From contig JAZKFH010000037.1 in assembly GCA_040386535.1 (NCBI GenBank), positions 91,729-155,728 of the forward strand: DNA of 64,000 bases, given 5' to 3'. Source of the DNA: Myxococcota bacterium. GTDB lineage: Bacteria; Myxococcota_A; UBA796; SXON01. The position numbers and the translations under genes are program-made. The notes beneath the pieces were generated by a model. That model was not told the DNA's origin. It did not search any database and saw only the letters and a list, made by a program, of their open reading frames with translations. Shown here one piece after another: positions 46,770 through 56,708 of the stretch (position 1 is its first letter; each line of letters begins with the position of its first letter).

Positions 46770-47453
46770 ATGCTGACCACGCTCGCCCTGACCACGCTCG
46801 CCACACTCGCCACTCCGAGCGCGCTCGCGTCCGACCTCACGAGCAGCTTGTGGCACCCGGGCGCGGGCGGCATGGAGAAGGGCTTCTCCTACGCGGGCAC
46901 CGCAGTCATGGCGGCGGCGGGCCCCGGCTACGCGGGCACCTGGATCGGCGCCACGGCGGCCTGGGCGCCGACGAAGCGCCTCTCGGTCAGCGGTACCGGC
47001 CTCGTGGCCGTGGGGTCCACCGTGGTGGCGGGCGGCGTGCGCTTCAACATCATCGAGTCCAAGTGGTTCCGCGCCGGCCCCGTCGCGTTCGGCGCCGCGT
47101 GGGACCACACCGAGAACGAGGCGAGCCGGGCGGTCGGCGGGGGCCTCGGGCTCGCGGTCGAGAGCGGGTTCACGCGGGTGCGCTTCGACACGTTCGTGCC
47201 CCTCGTGGTCGCCACCGGCGGGGAGGGGCCGCTCGTCCTCGCCGATCGCCTCCCCGGGTTCGACTACTGGAACGTCGGCATGACGGTCCGCATGGGCGGC
47301 TCCCACGCAAACCGCCTCCGCGGCAGCATCAGCAGCGGCGGGGTCTCGTTCGCCTACCAGCACGTGGGCGAGCACTGGTTCATGGAGACCGCGCTGACCG
47401 CGGGCGTGACCCCCACCGTGTCCGGCTCCTTGCGCGGCGGCTTCGTCTTCTGA
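46770..47453 (+). CDS. Small outer-membrane beta-barrel protein
   Basis: GGAG SD, signal peptide, amphipathic beta strands, terminal GGFVF. Confidence 0.65.
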   Translation: MLTTLALTTLATLATPSALASDLTSSLWHPGAGGMEKGFSYAGTAVMAAAGPGYAGTWIGATAAWAPTKRLSVSGTGLVAVGSTVVAGGVRFNIIESKWFRAGPVAFGAAWDHTENEASRAVGGGLGLAVESGFTRVRFDTFVPLVVATGGEGPLVLADRLPGFDYWNVGMTVRMGGSHANRLRGSISSGGVSFAYQHVGEHWFMETALTAGVTPTVSGSLRGGFVF

Positions 47454-47553
47454 CGGCCCGTGGCTGACCGCCCGCGCCCCGACCCGGACGACCTTTGACC
47501 CAGCGGCCCTCGCCGTTCGTGGCGCAGAGGCCCAGGTTTGGGGGGGAGGCGCC

Positions 47554-48816
47554 ATGCGGAAGTCGGGGCGACAGGGCGGAGGGCGCCGGGGCGCGCGGTG
47601 CTGGGGCGCGGTGGCGATCCTCGCCATGGCCGGGTGTGAGGACGCGCCGCGCCCGGACGACACAGATGTAGAAGCCGAGGAGCCGACCCACCCGGCCTTC
47701 GGCCATGCCCCCGATGGCGCCTCGATCCTCGAGGGGTGGGGCACGCAGCCGGACGGGCCGCCCACGGGCGCGGATCCCCTGTTCGCCGAGGGGAGCGTGC
47801 ACCGCATCGACCTGTCCCTCGACGAGGCCGCTCGCAGCTCGCTCCGCAAGGACCCTGGCCTCGACGTGCCCGCCACCGTCCGCTACGGCGACCAGAGCTG
47901 GACCGTCGGGCTGCAGCTCAAGGGCAGCTACTCGTTCCGATCGTTGACGGAGAAGGCCTCGTTCAAGATCGATTTTCAGGAGATCGTGCCCGACCAGCGC
48001 TTCTTCGGGCTGCGCCGCATCACGCTCAACGCGATGGTGCAGGACGCGAGCATGCTCCGCGAGCACGAGGTCTACTGGATGTACGCGCGGCTCGGTGTCC
48101 CCGCGCCCCGCCACGGCTACGCGGAGGTGTGGGTCGACGGCGAACCCTACGGCCTCTACGGCCTCCTCGAGACGCTCGACGGCACCTGGGCCGAGCGCGT
48201 GTTCCCGGGGGACAGCGAGGGGCCGCTGTACGAGGGGGGCTACGGGACCGACGTGGAGCACGGAGACGCCCTGCGGTTCGACATGCAGCGCCAGGGTGAC
48301 CTGGTCGAGCCGTGGAGCGATCTGACGGCGCTGACCGAGGAGCTCGAGGCGACCCCGCCCGAGGCGTACCTCGCGTGGCTGGAGCGCCGCTTCGACGCCC
48401 CGGCGCTGTTCCGGATGTGGGCGTTGGACCTCGTCTCTGGCCACCGCGACGGGTACGTCAAGCGGAAGAACAACTTCCTCGTCTACCACGGGCTCGAGTC
48501 CGACCGGTGGTGGATGATCCCGTGGGGCCAGGACCAGGCCCTACGAGACGGGCTGGACGTCCACAGCGGCTACTCCGGGCACCTCGCGGAGCGGTGCGCC
48601 GAGGTGCCGGAGTGCCAGGAGCGGCTCGATCTGGCGATCCGCTACGTGGCGACGATGTGGGAGGCGTGGGACCTGTACGGGCACGCGACCGCCACCTCTG
48701 TTGTTGTGACGCAGGCGTGCGAGCGGGACCCCCGGAAGGAGCTCCTGTGCAGCGACAGCAGCGTCCTCGAGATGATCCTCGAGCGCCCCGACGAGGTGTG
48801 GATCAGCCTCCAGTGA
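47554..48816 (+). CDS. CotH-family kinase lipoprotein
   Basis: LAMAGC lipobox, VGLQLKG, KASFKIDF, LNAMVQD.SMLRE, YGLY, HRDGY..KNNF, IPWGQD. Confidence 0.88.
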   Translation: MRKSGRQGGGRRGARCWGAVAILAMAGCEDAPRPDDTDVEAEEPTHPAFGHAPDGASILEGWGTQPDGPPTGADPLFAEGSVHRIDLSLDEAARSSLRKDPGLDVPATVRYGDQSWTVGLQLKGSYSFRSLTEKASFKIDFQEIVPDQRFFGLRRITLNAMVQDASMLREHEVYWMYARLGVPAPRHGYAEVWVDGEPYGLYGLLETLDGTWAERVFPGDSEGPLYEGGYGTDVEHGDALRFDMQRQGDLVEPWSDLTALTEELEATPPEAYLAWLERRFDAPALFRMWALDLVSGHRDGYVKRKNNFLVYHGLESDRWWMIPWGQDQALRDGLDVHSGYSGHLAERCAEVPECQERLDLAIRYVATMWEAWDLYGHATATSVVVTQACERDPRKELLCSDSSVLEMILERPDEVWISLQ

Positions 48817-48836
48817 CCCCGCGGGCGGCCGCGGGG
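48817..48836. terminator. GC hairpin between convergent genes
   Basis: CCCCGCGG-GCGG-CCGCGGGG immediately after the cotH stop. No U-tract. Confidence 0.35.
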
Positions 48837-48857
48837 GCTCGAGGGGCGGGGGATCCG

Positions 48858-51461
48858 TCAGCGCCCGTCGATGATCCACATGACGCCGCGGTCGAGGATG
48901 CCGCCGTTGTCGCCGTCCAGGGCGCCCATGGCGATCTCGCTGTCGCCGTCGCCGTCGATGTCGGGGATCAGCGCAACGTCGCTGCCGAGCTGATCGTAGG
49001 CGTCGTCGCCGCGCCACACGGCGTCGGTGCCCGTGAGCGGGACCGTGCCGACGTGCGGCCCGTAGAGGAGCCACACGGCGCCAGCGCTCGCGCCGCCGTC
49101 GGCGTCGAGTGTGGTGCCGAAGAGCAGGTCGAGATCCTCGTCTCCGTTCACGTCGCCACCCACGAAGTTGTTCGAGCCGAGGAAGCTGCTGCTGTTCTCC
49201 CCGACGAAGGTGGCGGTGGCGGCGCTCGCGGAGGAGCTCCCCGCGGGCACCGTGGTGAACAGGTACACCCGGCCCTCCCACGTGGCGGTGATGCTCGCGA
49301 ACGGCGCCGCGGCCATGAGATCGTCGTAGCCGTCCGCGTCGATGTCTCCGGGCATCACGACCCGGGTGCCGAACGCGTTGCTGTAGGGGAGGCCGATCAC
49401 CTTCGCGTCGGCGGTGGACAGGTTCGCGACGCCCCCCGGCGCCGGGCCGTAGAGGAGGTAGGCGGCGCCCGCGGAGGCGGCCGCGTCGTCGTCCCCGTAC
49501 GCGCCGACCCAGAGGTCCGTGATGCCGTCCCCGTTCACATCGCCCGCGGCGACGCTGGTGCCGGCGTAGTCGCCCTCCGACTCCCCGATGTACGTCGTGT
49601 GCGTCGTGCCGATGCCCTCGTACACGATGGCGGAGCCCCGGTTGGCCCCGTAGGTGTCGTCGGGGCCGTATCCACAGGCCCAGCCCACGGTGCCCGACAC
49701 ATGGGCACCCGCCGCGGTCCCGCTCGTGCAGGTGAAGCTGTCCTCGAACGTGTCCGAGGTGGCCGCCCCGGTGCCACCCCCGAGGTACAGCCACGCCGCC
49801 TGGTCGGCGCCGCCGATGACGATGTCGTCCGCGCCGTCGGCGTCGATGTCGCCCACGTTCACGAGCAGCTCGCCGAAGGCGCCCGCGTGGTCCTCGTCGG
49901 TGTTGTAGATGAGCCCGGTGTCGTCCGACGCGGCGCTGCGGGACGCCGTGGTGAAGGGGCCGGAGTACGCCCAGACCACGCCGTAGCCGGCCGGATAGTA
50001 GCTGCCGCTCGGCGAGCCCACCATCACGTCGCCCACGCCGTCCCCGTCGAAGTCGCCCGCGGCGAGACGCATCCCGAATTCGGCGTCGCCCGAGGTCCCG
50101 TAGATCTTCGTGTCGTACCCGGTCTCGATGTCGTACTCGCCGGCGTAGCGGCAGTCGGAGTCCTCGCCGTCGCAATCCTGGTCCACCCCGTCGGAGCACA
50201 CCTCGGCCTCGCCCGGTGAGACCGCGTCGGTCGTGTCGTCACAATCGTCGGACGAGGCCACGAAGCCCGCGGGGACGTCGCAAGTGCTCACCGTGCTGTC
50301 GATGGTGCCCCACCCGTCTCCGTCCGCGTCCTCGTACCAGGGAGTCTGCCCGATCGCGGTGGGATCGAGGTCATCCGCGAGGCCGTCACAGTCCTCGTCG
50401 GCGTCGCTCGTGTCACATGTCTCCTGCCCGCCCGGGTAGATCGTCGCGTTGTCATCGTCGCAATCCAACGCGTCGGCATAGTGCGATGGCGGCGCCACGC
50501 ACGCCTCGGTGACATCCGTGCCGCCGAACCCGTCTCCGTCGTGATCGGCGTACCACGCTACACGTCCGGTAGCGCCCGGATCGGCGTCGTCCGCGGGGCC
50601 GTTACAGTCCTCGTCCGTAGCGTAGGTGTCACAGACTTCGATTGCGCTCGGGGAAATTGTAATGTCGGAGTCATTGCAATCGGTCGCCGTGCGCGTATGG
50701 CCAGCGGGAAGATCGCAGGCTTCGGCGATGATCTCCCCGCCGTAGCCGTCCCCATCCTCATCCACGTAGAAGGAGGTGCGCCCGATCGGTGCGGCCCCGG
50801 TCACGTCGGCGTCGTCGCCACCGCCGTCACAATCCTCGTCGGCATCCGCGTCGTCACACACCTCGCTCGCGTCGGGCGAGATAGCGCCGTTCCCGTCGTC
50901 ACAATCGCCGCTCTCGGCGACGTGCCCGGGGGGGGCCTCGCAGGCCGGCGAGGTCACCTCGAGATCCCCCCACCCGTCGGCGTCCGCGTCCGCGTACCAG
51001 GTGAGGAAGGAGCCCGCGCGCGTGGCGGGATCGAGATCCTCGGCGAGGCCATTGCAATCCTCGTCGACATCGAGCGCGTCGCAGATTTCCTCCGCGCCGG
51101 GATGCACGTTTCCGTCCGTATCGTCACAGTCCCCGGCGGTCGCGGTATGCCCGGCGGGGGCCTCACACGCGGATAGCGGAGCTCCTCCCTCGGCCGCGAA
51201 GCCGTCCCCGTCGCCATCCGGGTACCAATCGGAGGGATCGGTGGGGCCCTCGGGGTCGAGATCGTTCGCGGCGTCGTCACAATCCTCGTCGACCGCGGCG
51301 GGATCACAAAGTTCTGATGCGCTGGGGTTGATCAGCGGATCTCCGTCGTCGCAGTCGGTGGAGCCGGGCCAGCCGTCCCCATCTCCGTCCTGGTCGGGAG
51401 TGTTTGGTGTGGGTTCCGGCCCGCTGCACGCGGTGAGCAGGGCGAGCGTGAGGATGAACAT
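48858..51461 (-). CDS. Lipoprotein with DCDD repeats and an FG-GAP propeller
   Basis: MFILTLALLTAC start, six DCDD/DEDCDG units, FG-GAP C-terminal half. Confidence 0.88.
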   Translation of the reverse strand: MFILTLALLTACSGPEPTPNTPDQDGDGDGWPGSTDCDDGDPLINPSASELCDPAAVDEDCDDAANDLDPEGPTDPSDWYPDGDGDGFAAEGGAPLSACEAPAGHTATAGDCDDTDGNVHPGAEEICDALDVDEDCNGLAEDLDPATRAGSFLTWYADADADGWGDLEVTSPACEAPPGHVAESGDCDDGNGAISPDASEVCDDADADEDCDGGGDDADVTGAAPIGRTSFYVDEDGDGYGGEIIAEACDLPAGHTRTATDCNDSDITISPSAIEVCDTYATDEDCNGPADDADPGATGRVAWYADHDGDGFGGTDVTEACVAPPSHYADALDCDDDNATIYPGGQETCDTSDADEDCDGLADDLDPTAIGQTPWYEDADGDGWGTIDSTVSTCDVPAGFVASSDDCDDTTDAVSPGEAEVCSDGVDQDCDGEDSDCRYAGEYDIETGYDTKIYGTSGDAEFGMRLAAGDFDGDGVGDVMVGSPSGSYYPAGYGVVWAYSGPFTTASRSAASDDTGLIYNTDEDHAGAFGELLVNVGDIDADGADDIVIGGADQAAWLYLGGGTGAATSDTFEDSFTCTSGTAAGAHVSGTVGWACGYGPDDTYGANRGSAIVYEGIGTTHTTYIGESEGDYAGTSVAAGDVNGDGITDLWVGAYGDDDAAASAGAAYLLYGPAPGGVANLSTADAKVIGLPYSNAFGTRVVMPGDIDADGYDDLMAAAPFASITATWEGRVYLFTTVPAGSSSASAATATFVGENSSSFLGSNNFVGGDVNGDEDLDLLFGTTLDADGGASAGAVWLLYGPHVGTVPLTGTDAVWRGDDAYDQLGSDVALIPDIDGDGDSEIAMGALDGDNGGILDRGVMWIIDGR

Positions 51462-51599
51462 ACGCAAGATGGACTCCGAGTGAACGAGGGGTCCCGACCC
51501 CCGGGGCGCGAAGTGTAGCCACCTCTCGGCGGATGGAAAGGGCCCGCTATAGACGTTGCGTGACAATTTCGCTACGGTGCCCGTCACATGGAGTCTCTC

Positions 51600-53879
51600 A
51601 TGACGTTGCGTTCTCTCTCGACGATCTTCGCGCTCGCGATGACCACCACCCTCCTCGCGTGCACCGACAAGGGCGATGGGGAAGAAACCGGGCAGGAAGA
51701 GACCGACCTTCCCGGTGTCGAGGTGTGCGACAACTCGGCGGACGACGATGACGACGGCGACGTGGATTGTGACGACTCCGATTGTACGGACGACGCGGCC
51801 TGTCAGGTCGCCGAGGACGAGGATTGTGACGACGCCGTCGACAACGACGGCGACGCTGACATCGACTGTGACGACACCGATTGCGCGGCCGACCCCGCGT
51901 GCGCCGCGCCCAGCACCGAGCTCGACTGCGACAACGCGACGGATGACGACGCGGACGGCGCGATCGACTGCGCGGACTCGGACTGCGACGGCGATCCGGC
52001 GTGCGTGTCCCCCGACGTGGAGGTCGCGTGTGTGGACGGCGTCGACAACGACGCCGACGGGCTGGTGGACTGCGCCGACACCGACTGCGTGGCCGACCCG
52101 AGCTGCGAGTCGCCCGGCGTCGAGGTCGCCTGCGTCGACGAAGCCGACAACGACCTCGACGGGCTCGTCGACTGCGCCGACCCCGACTGCTACGCGGACC
52201 CCGACTGCACTGCGGTCGAGGTCGAGGTGGCCTGTGTGGACGGCGTCGACAACGACACCGACGGCCTGACCGACTGCGACGACTCCGATTGTATGGCCAG
52301 CCCCGACTGCCTGGTGCCCTCGACCGAGACCATCTGCGCCGACGGCCTGGACGATGATCTCGACGGTGCCCTCGATTGTGACGACAGCGACTGCGACGCG
52401 AGCCCCGACTGCGAAGAGGCCGCTTCGTGCGGCTCCGACGGCGATCTCGGCTCCGCGCTCGGGTACGCCCTCGCCTCCGGCACCACCACGGGCGGGGGGG
52501 ACGAGTTCATCCCGGGCTGCGGTTCAGCGAGCGCCGGGATGGAGGACCTGTCCTACATGTGGATGGCGCCCGAGGACGGCACCTTCACCGTGAACACCGT
52601 CGGTTCGTCGTTCGACACGATCCTCACCGTGCTCACGTCCGACTGCTCCAGCGAGCTCGCCTGTGACGACGACGGCGGCGGCTTCGCGACCTCCACGGAG
52701 ACCTTCGACGCCGTGGCCGGCGAGATGTTCGTGTTCGTGGTCGACGGCTACTCCACCTCCGGGGACTACGTCCTCAGCGTCTACCCCTCCTACGAGTCCG
52801 CCTGCCGCGACGGCCTGGACGACGACATCGACGGCGCCATCGACTGCGCCGACGCCGAGTGCGCCGGGGATGCGACCTGCATCCCCGAGCCGGTCTGCGA
52901 CGACGGCGGGGACGACGATCTCGACGGCGCGATCGACTGCGACGACACCGACTGTGCCGACCTCCTCGTCTGCACGAACCCCTGCGTGGATGACGAGCTC
53001 GGGAGCCCGATGGGCGCGGCGATCGTGACCGGCACGACCGTGGGCCAAGGCGACGACTACACGTCCGAGTGCGCCACCTACGCCACCGAGGACGTGGCCT
53101 GGCTGTGGACCGCCCCGGCGGACGCCGTCTACACGTTCGATACCGTCGGCTCCGTCTACGACACGGTCCTCGCGATCGAGCAGGGCGACTGTAGCGACAG
53201 CGAGCTCGGCTGTGACAACGACACCACCGGCACGGCTTCCGAGGTCAGCGTCGCGCTCCTCGCGGGCGAAGAGGTGGCCGTGCAGATCGACGGGTACGAC
53301 GGCTCCGGCGAGTACGTCCTGAACGTCTGGGCCGACGCCGAGGTGGATTGCACCGACGGCGGCGACGACGATCTCGACGGTGCCATCGACTGCGCCGACG
53401 TGGACTGCACCGGCTCGTCCGCGTGCGTCCCCGAGGCCGTGTGTGCGGACGCGACGGACGACGACATCGACGGCAACCAGGATTGCCTCGACAGCGACTG
53501 CGCGGACGACGCGGCCTGCGACACGTCCCTCGCGGACTTCGACCTCGGCTCGCTGACCGGCGTTGTCGTCGCGACCGGCACGACCATCGCGATGGGGAAC
53601 GAGTGGGGCGTGAGCTGCACCTCCAGCACCGCGCCGGACGTGAGCTACTCCTGGATGGCGCCGACCAGCGGCTTCTGGAACTTCGACCTCGGCGGCTCGT
53701 CCTACGACACGGTCCTCACCGTGTGGTCCGAGGCGGCCGTCGCGATCGAGTGTGACGACGACGACGGCGACGGCACCACCTCGCTCATCACCCGCTACGT
53801 CAACGCGGGCGATGTCATGATCATCGCGGTCGACGGCTACAGCAGCTACTCGGGCCTCTACACCCTCGGCATCTACTAG
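51600..53879 (+). CDS. Lipoprotein with CxDxxDxDxDGxxDCxDxDC repeats and three PPC-like beta domains
   Basis: LLAC lipobox, about 11 Cys/Asp repeats, three W.AP..G...DT.GS.(F/Y)DT.L...VDGY domains. Confidence 0.85.
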   Translation: MTLRSLSTIFALAMTTTLLACTDKGDGEETGQEETDLPGVEVCDNSADDDDDGDVDCDDSDCTDDAACQVAEDEDCDDAVDNDGDADIDCDDTDCAADPACAAPSTELDCDNATDDDADGAIDCADSDCDGDPACVSPDVEVACVDGVDNDADGLVDCADTDCVADPSCESPGVEVACVDEADNDLDGLVDCADPDCYADPDCTAVEVEVACVDGVDNDTDGLTDCDDSDCMASPDCLVPSTETICADGLDDDLDGALDCDDSDCDASPDCEEAASCGSDGDLGSALGYALASGTTTGGGDEFIPGCGSASAGMEDLSYMWMAPEDGTFTVNTVGSSFDTILTVLTSDCSSELACDDDGGGFATSTETFDAVAGEMFVFVVDGYSTSGDYVLSVYPSYESACRDGLDDDIDGAIDCADAECAGDATCIPEPVCDDGGDDDLDGAIDCDDTDCADLLVCTNPCVDDELGSPMGAAIVTGTTVGQGDDYTSECATYATEDVAWLWTAPADAVYTFDTVGSVYDTVLAIEQGDCSDSELGCDNDTTGTASEVSVALLAGEEVAVQIDGYDGSGEYVLNVWADAEVDCTDGGDDDLDGAIDCADVDCTGSSACVPEAVCADATDDDIDGNQDCLDSDCADDAACDTSLADFDLGSLTGVVVATGTTIAMGNEWGVSCTSSTAPDVSYSWMAPTSGFWNFDLGGSSYDTVLTVWSEAAVAIECDDDDGDGTTSLITRYVNAGDVMIIAVDGYSSYSGLYTLGIY

Positions 53880-53900
53880 CCCTCCAGGGCGCGTGGACCC

Positions 53901-53943
53901 AGGCCCGCGGGAGTCTCGACTTCCGCGGGCCTCTCTCGTTTTC
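53901..53943. terminator. Probable intrinsic terminator between convergent genes
   Basis: AGGCCCGCGGGAGTC-TC-GACTTCCGCGGGCCT hairpin followed by CTCTCGTTTT. Confidence 0.6.
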
Positions 53944-53951
53944 GGGGGCCG

Positions 53952-54878
53952 CTACTCGAACAACTTCCGCACCGTGTCCTTGTCGCTCGAGAACGTCAGG
54001 TGCTCGTTGAGCTTCCAGGCGTTCTCGCGGTCGACCACCTTCGGCGCCATGACCTTGATGGCGGCCACCTTGTCGCTCGCGTGGGGCAGCTGGTCGATCA
54101 CGACGCCGACCTGCGCGATGGTGAAGGAGTTCGTGCGCGCCACGCCCTGGATGACGCCGAGCTGATCGGAGGAGAAGGCCTCGCCCTTCACGGCGGCGAC
54201 GAAGCCGGTGAAGTCCCGGTCGTTCATCACCGAGGGGCGAACGGGCTCGGGGGGGCGGACCACGACCACCGCGGGCGGGGGCGGGGCGGGCGGAGGCAGG
54301 CTCACGACGGTCTCGACGAACACGCAGTCGAGCGCGCGCGACTCGGGCACGCACCGGCGGACCAGCCCGGGGTAGACGCGCATCGGCCCGCTGTAGAGGG
54401 TCCCGTTTCCGCGCGCCACACGCACGTCGTGCTCGCCCGCTGCAAGGCCGGTCGCGACGAAGCTCCCCGACGCGTACCGCACGGGCTTCCCGTCGACCCA
54501 CACCGCCATGTCGTCCGCGTACACCCCGGTCAGCTGGAAACTGCCCGGCTCCGGGGCCGGCGCTGCGGGCGGGCACACGGCGGGCGCGCTGCTGCCGGCG
54601 AGGGGACCGCGGCCGAGCTCGGCGAGCTGGCCGCGACGGAGCTCGAGGCGGACCTGCTCGTCCACGGTGACCAGCACGGTCGAGGCGGTGACGAGGCGGT
54701 CCTGCGCGTCGAAGATCTGCACCCGGTGGTTCCCGCCCGCGAGGTTCAGGGCCGTGGCGCCGCGCTCGCCGGGGCGATTGGCGACCACGCGCCCATCGAC
54801 CTCGACGGTGACCGGGTCGTTCGAGATCACCTGGATCTCGGCGGCGTTCGCGAAGGTGGCGAGCAGCAGGGGGAACAT
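53952..54878 (-). CDS. Secreted protein with PEGA-like domains and a C-terminal DUF4476-like domain
   Basis: V.VDG...L.AG.H.V repeats, a Pro linker, then MNDRDF...FSSDQL...KVVDREN...LTFSSDK. Confidence 0.75.
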   Translation of the reverse strand: MFPLLLATFANAAEIQVISNDPVTVEVDGRVVANRPGERGATALNLAGGNHRVQIFDAQDRLVTASTVLVTVDEQVRLELRRGQLAELGRGPLAGSSAPAVCPPAAPAPEPGSFQLTGVYADDMAVWVDGKPVRYASGSFVATGLAAGEHDVRVARGNGTLYSGPMRVYPGLVRRCVPESRALDCVFVETVVSLPPPAPPPPAVVVVRPPEPVRPSVMNDRDFTGFVAAVKGEAFSSDQLGVIQGVARTNSFTIAQVGVVIDQLPHASDKVAAIKVMAPKVVDRENAWKLNEHLTFSSDKDTVRKLFE

Positions 54879-55013
54879 GGATACTCCGAGAGCGAGAAGG
54901 GCGGGTCGAACGCGGCGGTGGCGTGGATCCGGTACGCCCGACGCTGCCGGGTTCGTCAGGGGCGCGACAGGTCGTGACGATTCGCCGGCGGGGCGAGGGG
55001 AATCATCGTGATG

Positions 55014-55880
55014 CTATCGCAGCGGCATGGCGCGGAGCACCTCGGCGAGCGCGACCAGCTCGGCCTCCCGGGGGTGGCCGCCGCGCCAGAGCAGGCGAAA
55101 CCAGTCACGCTTGAGCTCGAGGTGCGGGAGGAGCGCCACGAGGCGGCCGGCGGCGAGGTCGTCCGCGATGAAGTAGGCGGGCAGCACCCCCAGGCCTCGC
55201 CCGAGGAGCACCTGCTGCCGGATCGCGGCGATCCCGCCGACGTACCGGTGGCCGCGGAACCGCCAGGGCGCGCCCTCGGGCAGCGCGTCCAGCAGGTAGC
55301 GGAACAAGGGCAGGTCGGGCGTGGCGTCGATCAACACGTGATCCCCGAACGCCTCGGCGGCGACGGGGGCGGCCGCGACGAACGTGTAGCCCTCCTCGTG
55401 GAGCGGCACCGACTCGACGTTGGAGCGCGTGATGCGCGCGGACAACACGGCCGCGTCGATCACGCCGCGCTCGAGCCGGTCGAGGAGCGCGATCGTGTCG
55501 CCCATGTAGAGGTGGAGGGTGCGCTCGGGCCGCGCCTCCTCGAGCTCGGCCAACGCGGGGCAGAGCCAGGACAGGCCGAGCTCGTAGCGGGTGCCGATGG
55601 TGAGGGAGAAGGGGAGGGGACGCAGATCGCCGCGGGCGACGGCGGTGCAGCGGGTGGCGTCGTCCAGGAGCCCCCGGGCGTGGGGGAGGAGGCGGCGCCC
55701 GGCGTCGGTCAGGTGCACCTTTCGTGTGGTGCGCTCGAACAGCGGGGCGCCGATCTCCTCCTCCAGCCGCCGCACGCGGTCGGACAGGGCGGCGGGCGAG
55801 AGCGCCACGCGCTCGGCGGCGGCGCGGAAGTGGAGGGCGTCGGCCACGGCGACGAAGCAGCGGAGGGACTCGAGATCCAT
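55014..55880 (-). CDS. LysR family transcriptional regulator
   Basis: LRCFVAVADALHFRAAAERVALSPAALSDRVRRLEEEIGAPLFERTTRKVHLT. Confidence 0.95.
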   Translation of the reverse strand: MDLESLRCFVAVADALHFRAAAERVALSPAALSDRVRRLEEEIGAPLFERTTRKVHLTDAGRRLLPHARGLLDDATRCTAVARGDLRPLPFSLTIGTRYELGLSWLCPALAELEEARPERTLHLYMGDTIALLDRLERGVIDAAVLSARITRSNVESVPLHEEGYTFVAAAPVAAEAFGDHVLIDATPDLPLFRYLLDALPEGAPWRFRGHRYVGGIAAIRQQVLLGRGLGVLPAYFIADDLAAGRLVALLPHLELKRDWFRLLWRGGHPREAELVALAEVLRAMPLR

Positions 55881-55933
55881 GGGGCCCAGGATACGTCGGC
55901 GTTCCGGGGGCGCGGTAGGGAACGGTCGCGATC

Positions 55934-56677
55934 GTGCGATCCCCGTGGTACGGCTGGAGGCCCCCGAGCGCCCTGCTGCCTCGTTCCGCCCTCTGCACTC
56001 TCCGCGCCGCCGCCCTGGCGTTCCTCGCCGGGTGCTCCGGCACCGCGACGATCGAGGGCCTCGATCCCTTCGGCGTCGTGTGGTCGGCCTCGTGGTTCCG
56101 CTTCGACGACGGCGGCTTCGCGTACGACCAGCTCCAGCTCACGAACGAGCCCGACAGCTGCGAGCGGGTGACTGCGTTCTACGCGGCGCGCGCGAGCGCG
56201 GTGCGGGCGACTGCGGCGCTGCCGGAGGAGGGCTGGTGCGCGTCCGCGCGGGCGCCCTACCAGGCGTGGGCCGCGGCGGGGGACGCGGTCCTGCACGACG
56301 GCGCGCACTTCATCGATCTCTCGTTGTTCCACGGCTCCGAGACCGCGCCCATCGAGGCCACCTTCGGCGTGGACGACTCCACGCACCTGCTCTCCGGCCT
56401 GGTCACCTACGTCCAGTCGAATCCCTACCGCACGTTCCTCGAAGATTGGGACGAGGAGGGCACCCCGGGCTCCTGCGGCATCGACGAGGCCTCCCTGACG
56501 GGGCTGGCGGTCGTCGCGAGCCTGTCGCAGGGCACGCTCGATCTGCGGAACGTGGAGGACGAGGCGTTCGCCGCGGGCCGCCTCCACGGCGACCTCGAAG
56601 ACATCGCCAGCGACGCCACCGCCACCATCGACGCCACCTTCCGCGCGAGCTGGTGCGAGGTCGACGTGTCGTTCTGA
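55934..56677 (+). CDS. Hypothetical lipoprotein (start uncertain)
   Basis: ALAFLAGC lipobox, GC3-rich codon usage, fills the gap between neighbouring genes. Confidence 0.65.
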   Translation: MRSPWYGWRPPSALLPRSALCTLRAAALAFLAGCSGTATIEGLDPFGVVWSASWFRFDDGGFAYDQLQLTNEPDSCERVTAFYAARASAVRATAALPEEGWCASARAPYQAWAAAGDAVLHDGAHFIDLSLFHGSETAPIEATFGVDDSTHLLSGLVTYVQSNPYRTFLEDWDEEGTPGSCGIDEASLTGLAVVASLSQGTLDLRNVEDEAFAAGRLHGDLEDIASDATATIDATFRASWCEVDVSF

Positions 56678-56708
56678 CGTAGACTGCGAGCTCCGCCGCT
56701 CGAGGCCC

